54,857 nucleotides of DNA from a virus (taxonomy: Duplodnaviria > Caudoviricetes), in IMG/VR virus record IMGVR_UViG_3300048686_000254, positions 1 to 54,857 of that record; one strand, given 5' to 3'. The first letter of the stretch is position 1, and each line of letters begins with the position of its first letter. The translations under genes were made by a program, and so were the position numbers. The notes beneath the pieces are model-generated. The model did no database searches. It worked only from the letters and a program-made list of their open reading frames with translations, and had not been told where the DNA came from. Below, piece after piece: positions 1-8,729 of the stretch.

Positions 1-396
1 CTATTATCCCCCCACCCTCCAAAAGAAAATGGGGCTGAAAATTTTTTGGATTCGTCAGGGAAAACTTCACCCGACAGACCAGACTGGGAAGATGACCCTG
101 AAGCTCCACTCGTCGAAGGCAAGCGAGGTGTCGAACGGGATTTTGCGACGTGGAAGGAATTTCAGTGGGGCATCGAACAGATCCGTGAAGAGACGCAGAG
201 CGATTCCCTCCTGAATGCTTTCTTCGATTGGGTCGAGTACAAACGCGAAAGAAACGTCAACGAATTTTACACACGGAAGGGTCTAGTTGCTGAGGTGCAA
301 CGATTCATCCGACGACATTTTGAGGAGTTTCCCGTAGCCGAAGCGGTAACTAGGGCTATCGCTAACAACTGGCAAGGATGGGACCACAAACTTTAA
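1..396 (+). CDS. Phage replication initiator / replisome-organiser-like protein, C-terminal part (5'-truncated by window edge)
   Basis: Frame is open from base 1 (LLSPHPPKENG...). The C-terminus AFFDWVEYKRER...AIANNWQGW resembles C-terminal domains of phage replication initiators. Lies directly upstream of the primase-helicase. Confidence 0.55.
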   Translation, partial: LLSPHPPKENGAENFLDSSGKTSPDRPDWEDDPEAPLVEGKRGVERDFATWKEFQWGIEQIREETQSDSLLNAFFDWVEYKRERNVNEFYTRKGLVAEVQRFIRRHFEEFPVAEAVTRAIANNWQGWDHKL

Positions 397-405
397 CTGG
401 GGGAT

Positions 406-2496
406 TTGATGAATCAGTATCGCTTCGACACGAAAAGAACAGCGTGTCCATACTGCGGTTCTTCTGACGGCTTTGCTCACCTGCTTCACCCTGACAACGG
501 GAAAATTGTAGCAGACGGAATAGGCAAGTGCCACTCATGCAGCGTCTTTAAGACTACGACCGAGGCAGGCTATGTCTCTGACGCCGGAGATCTAGTTGCA
601 TCGCGCGGAGTTGTGGAAGCTAAGTACTTCGACGCAGCCATCATTAAAAATTTTGGCCTAAGCTATGGTGCAGGCACTCTTGTTGACTACCTGTGCTCAC
701 TCTTTGGCGATGCAGCAGCAGTCGAAGCCAAGCGCATGCTAGTGTCCGGTGATAAGTACGGTAATACATCTTTTATTTACGCCGACATATTAGGTCGGGG
801 GATGTCTATAAAGACTATCGCCTACAATCACGTAGGAAAACGTAGTAAAGATGGTATCGTGCTGCCGTCAAGGAACCTAGATACTGCGCAAATAGCTGGA
901 TACATAACGCCAGAAGGTAACATACGCACCGTGCGCGTAAGTGATGGCAGCTATCAGCTTCTGTATGGTCAGCACGCGCTACGTTTACCAGATAAGTCTG
1001 ACGTAGTTGTAGTTGTCGAATCAGAGAAGACTGCGCTAATCGGGTCTATCATCGAGCCAAAGATAACTTGGTTGGCATCAGGAGGCAGCAAAGGTCTGAG
1101 TATTAGCAAGATACGTGCGCTGCGCTCAGCTAATGCTGTTCCTGATGAGTTATCGGCTGTGTTGTCTAAGAAGGATGTGGTCATTTGCTTTGATTATGAT
1201 GATAGTGGAGAAGAAGGTAGTAAGCTGGCAAAGGATACCTTGCTTGAACTTGGAGCAAGAACTGTGAATGTTCTAGGGATGAAGGATTTATTAGAGAAAT
1301 CTGAGTCCAGACTCCCTATAGATCTGCGCGAGAAAAGTGATATAGCGGATCTTGCGTTTTGGGCGCAGACAGAGGGCGCTATGCACGATGATATACAGCC
1401 AATACTTTCGACTATCTACGAAAGTGCTACTGGCAAGGTAGTTCTCCGGTCTAAACTAGCTGATAAGAGCCTTCAAAAGCTTGTTAAAGACGATTACAGT
1501 AAAGTCCCACCAGAGCCCAGTCTGACTTTCAGCGAGAATAATAGTTCCAAGGTTAGTCAGTTGGCGATACCAGGCAATATCGTCATGTTGTTGGCTAGTC
1601 CTGGAATCGGCAAATCTAGTATTGTCAGTGCAGTTGTGGCGAGGCATCTTTCACCAATGGCAAATGCTTTCGGTCTCGATGTCAAAGCTCCAAAGGGCAT
1701 ACTGGTGCTTGATACCGAGCAGTCGAAAGATCAGGTAGTACAATTACATAAAAGGCTCGCTAGGCGAATCAATTCCTATGCCGAAGATTTGCCTGACATA
1801 CTGGAGACTTGCAACGTAAACTGGTACATTACCAACAAAAACCAAACCGTCGAACAGCAGGTAGAGAACCTATTTACAGCTGTACAGGTAAATGACCCAA
1901 GCTTTGTGATAGTTGACCAAATCGGTAGCCTTGTCAAGAATGTAAACAGCACTGACGAGACACATAATCTGATTAAGAGAATTGCCGTAGATGCAGAATC
2001 AAATTTGCGTACATGGGTAGTAGTGCTGCATACTAATCCAACATCTGATAAGGGGCGCGGCGTTCTTGGCTCAGACATACATAGGTGGGCATCATCAGTA
2101 CTGTTTATTAAACGGGCGGCCAACCCAGGAGAGCCATCACTCCTGACAACACACAATGCTGACGGAACTATGGCAAAGGTTCGAGCAGGCGCTCCGGTTA
2201 GGTGCTTCTTTGCATGGGATGATGAGCATGGAGACTTTTACCCGACGGACAGGCAGGTTGAAGAAACTGTTGATATGAATTTTGTAATCAATGCTATTGA
2301 AGAGATATACAACAGCAAAGCAGTAAGTCAGCCATTAGAGATGTCAGTTTTGCGTAAGCAAATGCAAGAACTCTATGGTCAATCACAAGGAAATAAACTC
2401 TTTAACTATATCATTAGTAAGGGTTTGGTTAAGAGAGTTACCAAGGGCAAGCTTTGGCCTGATTATGAAAAATTGCAATCTGCAATGCCTAGTTAA
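406..2496 (+). CDS. Primase-helicase fusion (Zn finger + TOPRIM + AAA_25/RepA-type helicase)
   Basis: CPYC...CHSC zinc ribbon; TOPRIM motifs VVVVESEKTALI and ICFDYD; Walker A ASPGIGKS; LDTEQS; Walker B VIVDQI; VLHTNP...KGRGVLGS. Confidence 0.88.
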   Translation: MMNQYRFDTKRTACPYCGSSDGFAHLLHPDNGKIVADGIGKCHSCSVFKTTTEAGYVSDAGDLVASRGVVEAKYFDAAIIKNFGLSYGAGTLVDYLCSLFGDAAAVEAKRMLVSGDKYGNTSFIYADILGRGMSIKTIAYNHVGKRSKDGIVLPSRNLDTAQIAGYITPEGNIRTVRVSDGSYQLLYGQHALRLPDKSDVVVVVESEKTALIGSIIEPKITWLASGGSKGLSISKIRALRSANAVPDELSAVLSKKDVVICFDYDDSGEEGSKLAKDTLLELGARTVNVLGMKDLLEKSESRLPIDLREKSDIADLAFWAQTEGAMHDDIQPILSTIYESATGKVVLRSKLADKSLQKLVKDDYSKVPPEPSLTFSENNSSKVSQLAIPGNIVMLLASPGIGKSSIVSAVVARHLSPMANAFGLDVKAPKGILVLDTEQSKDQVVQLHKRLARRINSYAEDLPDILETCNVNWYITNKNQTVEQQVENLFTAVQVNDPSFVIVDQIGSLVKNVNSTDETHNLIKRIAVDAESNLRTWVVVLHTNPTSDKGRGVLGSDIHRWASSVLFIKRAANPGEPSLLTTHNADGTMAKVRAGAPVRCFFAWDDEHGDFYPTDRQVEETVDMNFVINAIEEIYNSKAVSQPLEMSVLRKQMQELYGQSQGNKLFNYIISKGLVKRVTKGKLWPDYEKLQSAMPS

Positions 2497-2510
2497 ACTT
2501 TGTGCCTAAC

Positions 2511-2522
2511 ATGTATCTTTGC
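2511..2522 (+). promoter_or_regulatory. Putative promoter (TATCTTTG, FCB-type -7 element) for the lysis cassette
   Basis: ATGTATCTTTGC in a short intergenic gap matches Bacteroidota TAnnTTTG and resembles the repeated ATGTATCTTGC at 50289 and 54142. Confidence 0.55.
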
Positions 2523-2548
2523 GTAGTTTATTACATAAATCAACGCAC

Positions 2549-2749
2549 ATGATACAGCTTGACAATCAATATGGCGAGCCAAAAACCGCCATAGCAACAT
2601 TCGCATTCTTCGGCATAGGTCAACTTCTGGGTTCAACAGAGACATTGAGAGATATAAACATCGTGCTTTCTACGATAAGTTTTGTAGTTTCGATTTCAGT
2701 AGGTACTGTCACACTTATTAAAGCTTACAAACGCTGGAAGAAATTATGA
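2549..2749 (+). CDS. Small membrane protein, putative holin/antiholin
   Basis: Two hydrophobic segments and a basic C-terminal tail (KAYKRWKKL); ATG at 2549; ATGA overlap with next gene; upstream of endolysin. Confidence 0.55.
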   Translation: MIQLDNQYGEPKTAIATFAFFGIGQLLGSTETLRDINIVLSTISFVVSISVGTVTLIKAYKRWKKL

Positions 2750-3072
2750 GTATCCTGAAAAAGATTTGGGCTTGGATTAGCAAGCCAACAATGAACAAGC
2801 TTGCAGTGCTTCTTTGCCTTGCATTTGCAGTTCTCTTTCTGCTTTCTTTCTTTGAGACAACTGGAGAGCTATCATATTTCCCAGCAGCATGGCTGGCATC
2901 ATCTGGAATTATCAGCTTGCTGTATCTTGTTGATCGAGTAGGTTTTTCAAAGATTGACACTATCTATGTTCTTCGCAATGATCCAAAGCTGTACTATACT
3001 AGGGTTCTTCCTATGTATGGTATCGGCATCCTCGTCGGTCACATCATCGCCCTCTTGCTCGCTACAACCTAA
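2746..3072 (+). CDS. Membrane protein (about 3 TM helices), putative holin
   Basis: Three hydrophobic stretches; adjacent to the CHAP endolysin. Confidence 0.55.
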   Translation: MSILKKIWAWISKPTMNKLAVLLCLAFAVLFLLSFFETTGELSYFPAAWLASSGIISLLYLVDRVGFSKIDTIYVLRNDPKLYYTRVLPMYGIGILVGHIIALLLATT

Positions 3073-3724
3073 AACGTACCGCGAAGCAGTAAAGCCATAC
3101 GCAGGTATGGTAGAGAAGGGTTACAACCGAGGTCCGTTTATAGATAGTGCTAATAAGCGCTACGCCTATCTAGGCGCTCCATACTGTGCTTCGAGCGTAT
3201 CTCTGATACTGGATAGGGTTGGCGTCAGAAGTCCAACCATTCGGTCCGGCAGGGCAAAAGCTTTTATTACTAAGACGAGCGTTAATGCTCGATTAGTATG
3301 GGAAGGCAAGGCGAAGATACCATCTGACGCATTAGTTGTGTTTACACGTAAAGGTGGTGGTCACATTGAGTTCTATATCAGTGACACGCTTGGAATGATG
3401 CGTTGCTTTGGCTTCAATACTAGCCCCGACGGAAAGGCTGGTTCGCAGTGGAACGGAAACTGGTCTGGATATAAGAAACGAAACATGAAAAAATCCTTGA
3501 GTCCCTACAATGTCTTCAAAGTCACGCATTTCACCCCCATCAAAAATATGGGCACTATCAGCAGATATACTGATTATGCTCGGAATCGGACTCACGATTC
3601 TATGCCTATTACAGCAATGCGAAGCAGTAATACGCGACCGTACAACCGATTCCGACACGACGGTAATCGAGCGAACAGTCATTCTCCCTCCAGATACAGT
3701 GTATTTGGACGTAGTAAAAGCTAA
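2978..3724 (+). CDS. CHAP-family endolysin, possibly with N-terminal signal peptide
   Basis: EKGYNRGP...GAPYCASSV (catalytic Cys), GGGHIEF (His), GFNTS; hydrophobic N-terminus MIQSCTILGFFLCMVSA. Confidence 0.75.
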   Translation: MIQSCTILGFFLCMVSASSSVTSSPSCSLQPKTYREAVKPYAGMVEKGYNRGPFIDSANKRYAYLGAPYCASSVSLILDRVGVRSPTIRSGRAKAFITKTSVNARLVWEGKAKIPSDALVVFTRKGGGHIEFYISDTLGMMRCFGFNTSPDGKAGSQWNGNWSGYKKRNMKKSLSPYNVFKVTHFTPIKNMGTISRYTDYARNRTHDSMPITAMRSSNTRPYNRFRHDGNRANSHSPSRYSVFGRSKS

Positions 3725-4016
3725 GATTCGATACAAGCAAATCTTTGTTCACGACACTTTGCTGGATACCATCTTGGAAACCAGACCATTTATTGCCAGC
3801 ATGGACACAACCGTCAACTGTACTACTCTTAAGCTAGAGTACCATTTCCCTGAAAATAACTTTCAGAATGTCCATGTCGTGTCCTGCCCTGATACATTGA
3901 TTGTTCAGGACACCGTAATAACGAATACAACGGTCACGCCATCATTCTGGGAAGATGCTAAGAAGTATGGCATTGGCTTCCTTGGCGGGTTCGTCGTAGG
4001 TTCAATCATACGGTAA
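3510..4016 (+). CDS. Putative spanin (possibly unimolecular)
   Basis: N-terminal hydrophobic segment ending LLQQC, repeated DT-hydrophobic motifs (DTTV, DTVY, HDTL, DTTV, DTLI, DTVI), C-terminal TM YGIGFLGGFVVGSIIR; follows endolysin. Confidence 0.55.
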   Translation: MSSKSRISPPSKIWALSADILIMLGIGLTILCLLQQCEAVIRDRTTDSDTTVIERTVILPPDTVYLDVVKAKIRYKQIFVHDTLLDTILETRPFIASMDTTVNCTTLKLEYHFPENNFQNVHVVSCPDTLIVQDTVITNTTVTPSFWEDAKKYGIGFLGGFVVGSIIR

Positions 4017-4047
4017 AAAATATATTTGCAGTGTTAGATATAATTCT

Positions 4048-4058
4048 TACATTGCGGT
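4048..4058 (+). promoter_or_regulatory. Putative promoter TACATT-N5-ATG (leaderless)
   Basis: TACATT GCGGT ATG; same spacing as at 18644, 26726 and 54151. Confidence 0.45.
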
Positions 4059-4520
4059 ATGGGAACGCCAGAACTGGATATAGTTATAGGTTTGATAGTA
4101 CACGCAGGTGGACTGTCGAATGCTGATCCAGCTGCAAAAAACCGGATTATAGAATCCGTATCTCCAGTCAAGCGTTCAGCTGGAATTTGGCAAGCGCGAG
4201 ATAATTATGTTGGTGCATCATGGCTTATAGCTTTAGGTCATGAATATGTCTACCGATTAGTATCACCGCGTTTAGATGGTAGCAACTGGAAAGAATACCA
4301 CCCGACGAACAAGACAGAGATAGTTGAAGTGCAAGATGGATCTGTCTTACGTGTGAAGGCATTGGTATCTTCGTTTCATGACAGCAAGCACGATATAGCT
4401 CCTCCTGCATTATTGCAAATAGGCAAGCATTATATTTATCGAAATGTAAGCGGTCACTTCGTCCCAGTAGATGCCGACCTTATAGATGAAATACTGGAAA
4501 TGAACGGTGTGCGCGGATGA
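4059..4520 (+). CDS. Hypothetical protein
   Basis: 153-aa ORF, first gene of the recombination operon, ATGA overlap with next gene. Confidence 0.6.
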   Translation: MGTPELDIVIGLIVHAGGLSNADPAAKNRIIESVSPVKRSAGIWQARDNYVGASWLIALGHEYVYRLVSPRLDGSNWKEYHPTNKTEIVEVQDGSVLRVKALVSSFHDSKHDIAPPALLQIGKHYIYRNVSGHFVPVDADLIDEILEMNGVRG

Positions 4521-4993
4521 ATGCAATTTATCCAGACGGATCAGGCAAGTTTAATGTCGGAACAAGATCTTTGCAAATACCGTTGCGTATTATAGCAGAG
4601 CTGATTAAATCTGGTGTAGAGTTTTTCTACTTCGAGGGAGGTCCATTTCATGTGGAGCATGGCGTTGATATTGTACAGGCGATATCAAAGCATCTTGATT
4701 TAGGCAAACCAAAACGACAGCGCGTAGTGACTAATAAAGAAAGAGCTCCTACAAGGGTATCTAGAGTTCTGGTAACTACACCCGAAGGTGATGAGTTTGA
4801 AGTAAACAACCTGTTATCCTGGATGAAGCAGAAGTTTCCGGATAGATATAAATCGCTATACTTCGCAGCTGTTCGCGGTCAGTCATGCGCAGGATATAAG
4901 GTAAAACACTTAGGATGGGTAACAATGACGGTGGTTGGGAATGAGGAATTTATTAAAAACACAAAGGACAGAAATGCCAAACGAAATCGCTGA
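4517..4993 (+). CDS. Hypothetical protein with possible NUMOD/IENR1-like DNA-binding C-terminal domain
   Basis: LVTTPEGDEFEVNNLLSWMKQ...SLY...GYKV resembles DNA-binding modules found at the C-termini of homing endonucleases; no nuclease motif seen. Confidence 0.4.
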   Translation: MNAIYPDGSGKFNVGTRSLQIPLRIIAELIKSGVEFFYFEGGPFHVEHGVDIVQAISKHLDLGKPKRQRVVTNKERAPTRVSRVLVTTPEGDEFEVNNLLSWMKQKFPDRYKSLYFAAVRGQSCAGYKVKHLGWVTMTVVGNEEFIKNTKDRNAKRNR

Positions 4994-5684
4994 ATTGCAG
5001 CATGATCAAGTACCTGAAAAGCGGGTAAGTTTTGATGCTGATTATTACAAGTCACGTATCCGTGAACTTGGCTGGTCTCCTGAAGAGCTTAAGATGATCT
5101 GGTCGAAAATGCCACAAGGCGTTCCGATCGACGAAGCTTTTGCTTTCCTTAGCCGTGCAAAGAATTTAGGACTAGACCCCATGAGCGGTCAGATTATCTT
5201 ACAGTCGCATACAATGTCTAAGACGGGCGAAGTACGCTACACAATTATTGTGGGCATTGATGGATACCGCTCGATGGCTATACGCACTGGATTGTATGCC
5301 CCTGGCGATGATACAGTGTTCAAGTACAAAGATGATGGAAGCCTGCATTCAGCTACAGTATATGTCAAGCGTTACCACCCTGAGAGTAATCAGTGGAATC
5401 AGTTTAGTGCCACAGCTATGTTTGAGGAATACTGTGTGTATTTCTATGATTCAATAGCGCGTGAACGTAAGCCTACGCAGATGTGGGCAAAGATGGGTCA
5501 CACAATGCTGGAGAAGTGCGCAGAAGCTAAGGCTCTTCGTCGCGGTTTTCCCGAAACACTTGCTGGACTATATACAGCAGAAGAACTAGCACAATCAAAT
5601 TCAGCTACGCCTGATGCAGAAGATGCTGCTAAGCGTGGCGCTCGTTTGAATAATCGTGCGGTAAAAGCACTGGGAGAGGGATAA
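4974..5684 (+). CDS. bet: Single-strand annealing recombinase (lambda Bet/RecT family)
   Basis: LGLDPM..QI, IIVGIDGYRSMA.RTG.Y, WAKMGHTMLEKCAEAKALRRGFP..LAGLYTAEE. Confidence 0.9.
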   Translation: MPNEIAELQHDQVPEKRVSFDADYYKSRIRELGWSPEELKMIWSKMPQGVPIDEAFAFLSRAKNLGLDPMSGQIILQSHTMSKTGEVRYTIIVGIDGYRSMAIRTGLYAPGDDTVFKYKDDGSLHSATVYVKRYHPESNQWNQFSATAMFEEYCVYFYDSIARERKPTQMWAKMGHTMLEKCAEAKALRRGFPETLAGLYTAEELAQSNSATPDAEDAAKRGARLNNRAVKALGEG

Positions 5685-6703
5685 TGAAACCGTGGGGTGG
5701 ATTGAAATTTCATGCGTTCACTAACCGCGAGGATTGGCTTGAACAGCGTTTGGAAATGGGTGTTGGAGGTAGTGAGAGTGCTTCTATTCTTGGGCTTTCT
5801 CCTTACTCTTGCTCTGCTCAAGTATTCTATGAAAAGCTCGGATTGGCGTCAAAACGAAAAAGCTCGTTAGCTATGATCATCGGAAATGAGGATGAAGATA
5901 AGATTGCTCGCCTATGGTCATACTACGATTCTAACATTGGCATTGAGTCAATTGCGCCAAACTATGAGGCTAATAATGTAATACGTAAGCCACTAAAGCT
6001 TAGTCGTATTATTACTAATCCAAAGTACCCATTCATCTTTGCTAATCCTGACAGGCTATTCAAGCAGGGCAAGGACCGCGCAGTATTAGAGATTAAGACG
6101 ATTAATCACTGGGAAGCGCAGAAGTGGGAGTCTGGTGTACCTATTCACTATATCGTACAGATCCAGCACTATATGCTGGTTTGTGAAGTAAAGTATGCAG
6201 AACTTGCAATCTTGGAATCGAATAGTAAAATCGATGTGATTCCATTCGAGGCAAGCAAAGAAATACAGGATCGGATTATTGAAAAAGTTGGGGCTTTCTG
6301 GAATGATGTACTCGAAGCGCGTAAGATTATACAGGCTGGCGGTATGGAGCTTGACATTCAGCATCTCGTTCCTGCTCCTGATGGTTCTGACGCATACACC
6401 GATTTTCTAAAAGAGAAATATCGCGATGGTGCGCAGGAACAGGATTTAGTAGTGCATGCCAACGAGGAAGATCTTGATACATTAGTCGAATATCTACGAA
6501 TCAAAGAGCAACAGGATAAGTTGCACAGAGAGCTTTCGCTGCGTGAGCAGCTTCTGCGTGAGCGTTTAGCAGAAGCTCCCGTACTTGACTTCGGAGATAA
6601 GTTTGGCAAGATAACATGGAAGGCAGATAAGAATGGCAAACGTACATTCAAAACTGCATCCATTAGAAAGGAAGAAGTATTATCCGCGGTCGGAGAGTCT
6701 TAA
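5684..6703 (+). CDS. YqaJ-like (lambda exonuclease family) recombination exonuclease
   Basis: WLEQR..GVGGSES..ILGLSPY, FIFANPDR, VLEIKT, YIVQIQHYMLV; paired with Bet. Confidence 0.9.
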   Translation: MKPWGGLKFHAFTNREDWLEQRLEMGVGGSESASILGLSPYSCSAQVFYEKLGLASKRKSSLAMIIGNEDEDKIARLWSYYDSNIGIESIAPNYEANNVIRKPLKLSRIITNPKYPFIFANPDRLFKQGKDRAVLEIKTINHWEAQKWESGVPIHYIVQIQHYMLVCEVKYAELAILESNSKIDVIPFEASKEIQDRIIEKVGAFWNDVLEARKIIQAGGMELDIQHLVPAPDGSDAYTDFLKEKYRDGAQEQDLVVHANEEDLDTLVEYLRIKEQQDKLHRELSLREQLLRERLAEAPVLDFGDKFGKITWKADKNGKRTFKTASIRKEEVLSAVGES

Positions 6704-7143
6704 AGATAGACAAAGAAGGCAAGCCTATAATACCTGAATCTCAGGTACAGGCTAGTATCTGTGACTACTTTGTTAAACTTGGCTATGAAGTTATACGGTT
6801 TAATAGTGGTGGTGGCAAGGCAGGTAGTGGTAACTGGGTTTGGTATTATACTTGGTTTGGCAAGGTAGGAGCTAAATCTCACAGCGGAGTTCCTGACTTG
6901 TTTGTCTTTGGTAAAAACATACAATTTTGGATTGAAGTCAAAAGGAAAAATGGTGCAAAACGAGAAAAGCAAAAAGAGTTTATCGAAACAGTCAAAAAAC
7001 ATGGAGGTCAAGGAGCCTTCGTTGATTCACTTGACCAAGCGATTGCCTACGAAATGCAGTTACAAGGGGTTCGACGTGAGACTTCTGTACATCAATCCAT
7101 TGTCGGGGATGAGAGGATGGATAAGCCTAGCCAAGAAGGATAA
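6633..7143 (+). CDS. VRR-NUC domain nuclease (Holliday-junction resolvase-like), frameshifted or non-AUG start
   Basis: Frame open 6667-7143 encodes IPESQVQASICDYF...VIRFNSG...GVPDLFVF...WIEVKR...QKEF, a complete VRR-NUC pattern. It has no ATG/GTG/TTG before 6898, and the ATG at 6633 needs a +1 shift to join it. Confidence 0.75.
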
Positions 7144-7300
7144 TCTAATAGTAGCAGGAGTAGAGCCAAACGGAAGTCTAGTATCAAGTCCGAGTGAGAA
7201 GCAGGCGCTGACGCATATCTGCTCGCTGATAGATCTAAGTGAAAGCACTACGGCTACAGGATTGAACTACCCTACAATCGAAAGCCTATTTAATGACTGA
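7001..7300 (+). CDS. Hypothetical protein
   Basis: ATG at 7001 in the 6902..7300 frame; overlaps the VRR-NUC 3' end. Confidence 0.5.
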   Translation: MEVKEPSLIHLTKRLPTKCSYKGFDVRLLYINPLSGMRGWISLAKKDNLIVAGVEPNGSLVSSPSEKQALTHICSLIDLSESTTATGLNYPTIESLFND

Positions 7301-7556
7301 TAAAGAACAGCTTATTAATATGATGATGGCATTTTCAATAGACAAGATGTACAATACGGCTATGTTGATTGAGAATGTTACCAAGCGTCATGGAAAAAAA
7401 CATGCAGAAAGAATCGCTGAAGAGTTCTGCCACTTCCACCATTTCCCCTCGATGCCAATCGAAGAGTTTATGGGTACGTTATCATCAGCAATGCAGCGTA
7501 AAGCCCTGCTTATTGACCCAGATCTCGATATTACAGATCAATCCATTATTCATTAA
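7293..7556 (+). CDS. Hypothetical protein
   Basis: 87-aa ORF tightly packed in the operon. Confidence 0.6.
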   Translation: MTDKEQLINMMMAFSIDKMYNTAMLIENVTKRHGKKHAERIAEEFCHFHHFPSMPIEEFMGTLSSAMQRKALLIDPDLDITDQSIIH

Positions 7557-7565
7557 GGAGACGCT

Positions 7566-7832
7566 ATGGAAGCGTTAATAGTTGTCACATTTATTATAGC
7601 CCTGATAAACTCAGTAGTTCTGGGCTACATGTGGGACAAGGTTCGTGTTTTCTGCGAGCTGTATGATACAGTGCAGCATAACACTATTACAAACATGCGA
7701 ACACTAGAGAAAAAGGTGGAATCCTTGGAGTTTCTAGTAAAGACATCGCAGGTTAAAAAACCTTCCCTTCTTTCAGACACAGTAGCACCAATTAAAAAGA
7801 ATGTTAAAACAACAAGAAAGACGAAACAATGA
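7566..7832 (+). CDS. Hypothetical membrane-anchored protein
   Basis: AAGGAG RBS; N-terminal TM helix, coiled coil, basic tail. Confidence 0.6.
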   Translation: MEALIVVTFIIALINSVVLGYMWDKVRVFCELYDTVQHNTITNMRTLEKKVESLEFLVKTSQVKKPSLLSDTVAPIKKNVKTTRKTKQ

Positions 7833-8050
7833 GCGAAATCCTGAATGCTGAAGTAACGGAACTTCCTAATGAGCAGGAAGCTACAGAAGCTCCAAAGCTA
7901 GAGCGCAAGTTCGTACTCGATATGACATTCGACGAACAAGGAATCCATATCGACACACGCACAAATCTGTCCCCTTTGGAGCAGCTTGGAGCGATTGAAA
8001 TCTTTAAGATGAACATCCTTAATCAAAGCATGTCGTCTAAAGAAAGCTGA
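7829..8050 (+). CDS. Hypothetical protein
   Basis: 73-aa ORF, ATGA overlap. Confidence 0.55.
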   Translation: MSEILNAEVTELPNEQEATEAPKLERKFVLDMTFDEQGIHIDTRTNLSPLEQLGAIEIFKMNILNQSMSSKES

Positions 8051-8051
8051 G

Positions 8052-8729
8052 ATGATTTTTAATGTAGTCAACACCGACAATCCTGGATCTGCTACCAGTG
8101 AAGCACTGCGTAGGTATAGGGTTGGACGAGAGGCTAAATCAGCTATCGAACTTGGGCTGACTGAGAGGCAGATATGTGTAATGACCGGATACTCTATATC
8201 CGCTATCAGAGAATGCGTAAAAGTTGCCGATCGGTATCCTGACGACGATAGTTTCTTGAAGGCGTTTCATATGCATGAAGTGCCAGTAGGAACCCATTAC
8301 AGAACATGGGGCTCTTTCCTTGCCAGCCTTGGTGTTAACACATTGACTAAAGATGAAGCAGCAGCCATGCTTGCGGTCATTAAAGAGAATGCGCAGCGCA
8401 TAGTCATGTCTGCGTATGGATCAGCTGATCCAGCTTTAGCACAAGAGATACTCGGTATGATCCGAGCATGGCTGATGATTCGTGTACCATCGACAATATG
8501 GTCAACTATTGATAGAAATTTTTTCAAATATCAGTTGTGCTCATACTGCGGTGGCGATAATGGAGAGCCTGAACTGTTGGAGGTAGATAATCTACTGGTA
8601 GCTAAATGTCCTAATTGTCAGGCCGAAGGAGTAGACAATACGGCTGTAGATTGGAAACAAGTAGCATTATCATATTCAGCATACGCACATGAATGTAACC
8701 ATACGGCGGAAATCTACAGAACGGTATAA
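8052..8729 (+). CDS. Putative DNA-binding regulator (N-terminal HTH-like, C-terminal Zn ribbon)
   Basis: LGLTERQICVMTGYSISAIREC is HTH-like; CSYC...CPNC. Confidence 0.45.
   Translation: MIFNVVNTDNPGSATSEALRRYRVGREAKSAIELGLTERQICVMTGYSISAIRECVKVADRYPDDDSFLKAFHMHEVPVGTHYRTWGSFLASLGVNTLTKDEAAAMLAVIKENAQRIVMSAYGSADPALAQEILGMIRAWLMIRVPSTIWSTIDRNFFKYQLCSYCGGDNGEPELLEVDNLLVAKCPNCQAEGVDNTAVDWKQVALSYSAYAHECNHTAEIYRTV

Noticed and set aside
4517-4993. Homing endonuclease
   Set aside because: Only a possible DNA-binding module is visible; no HNH, GIY-YIG or LAGLIDADG catalytic motif
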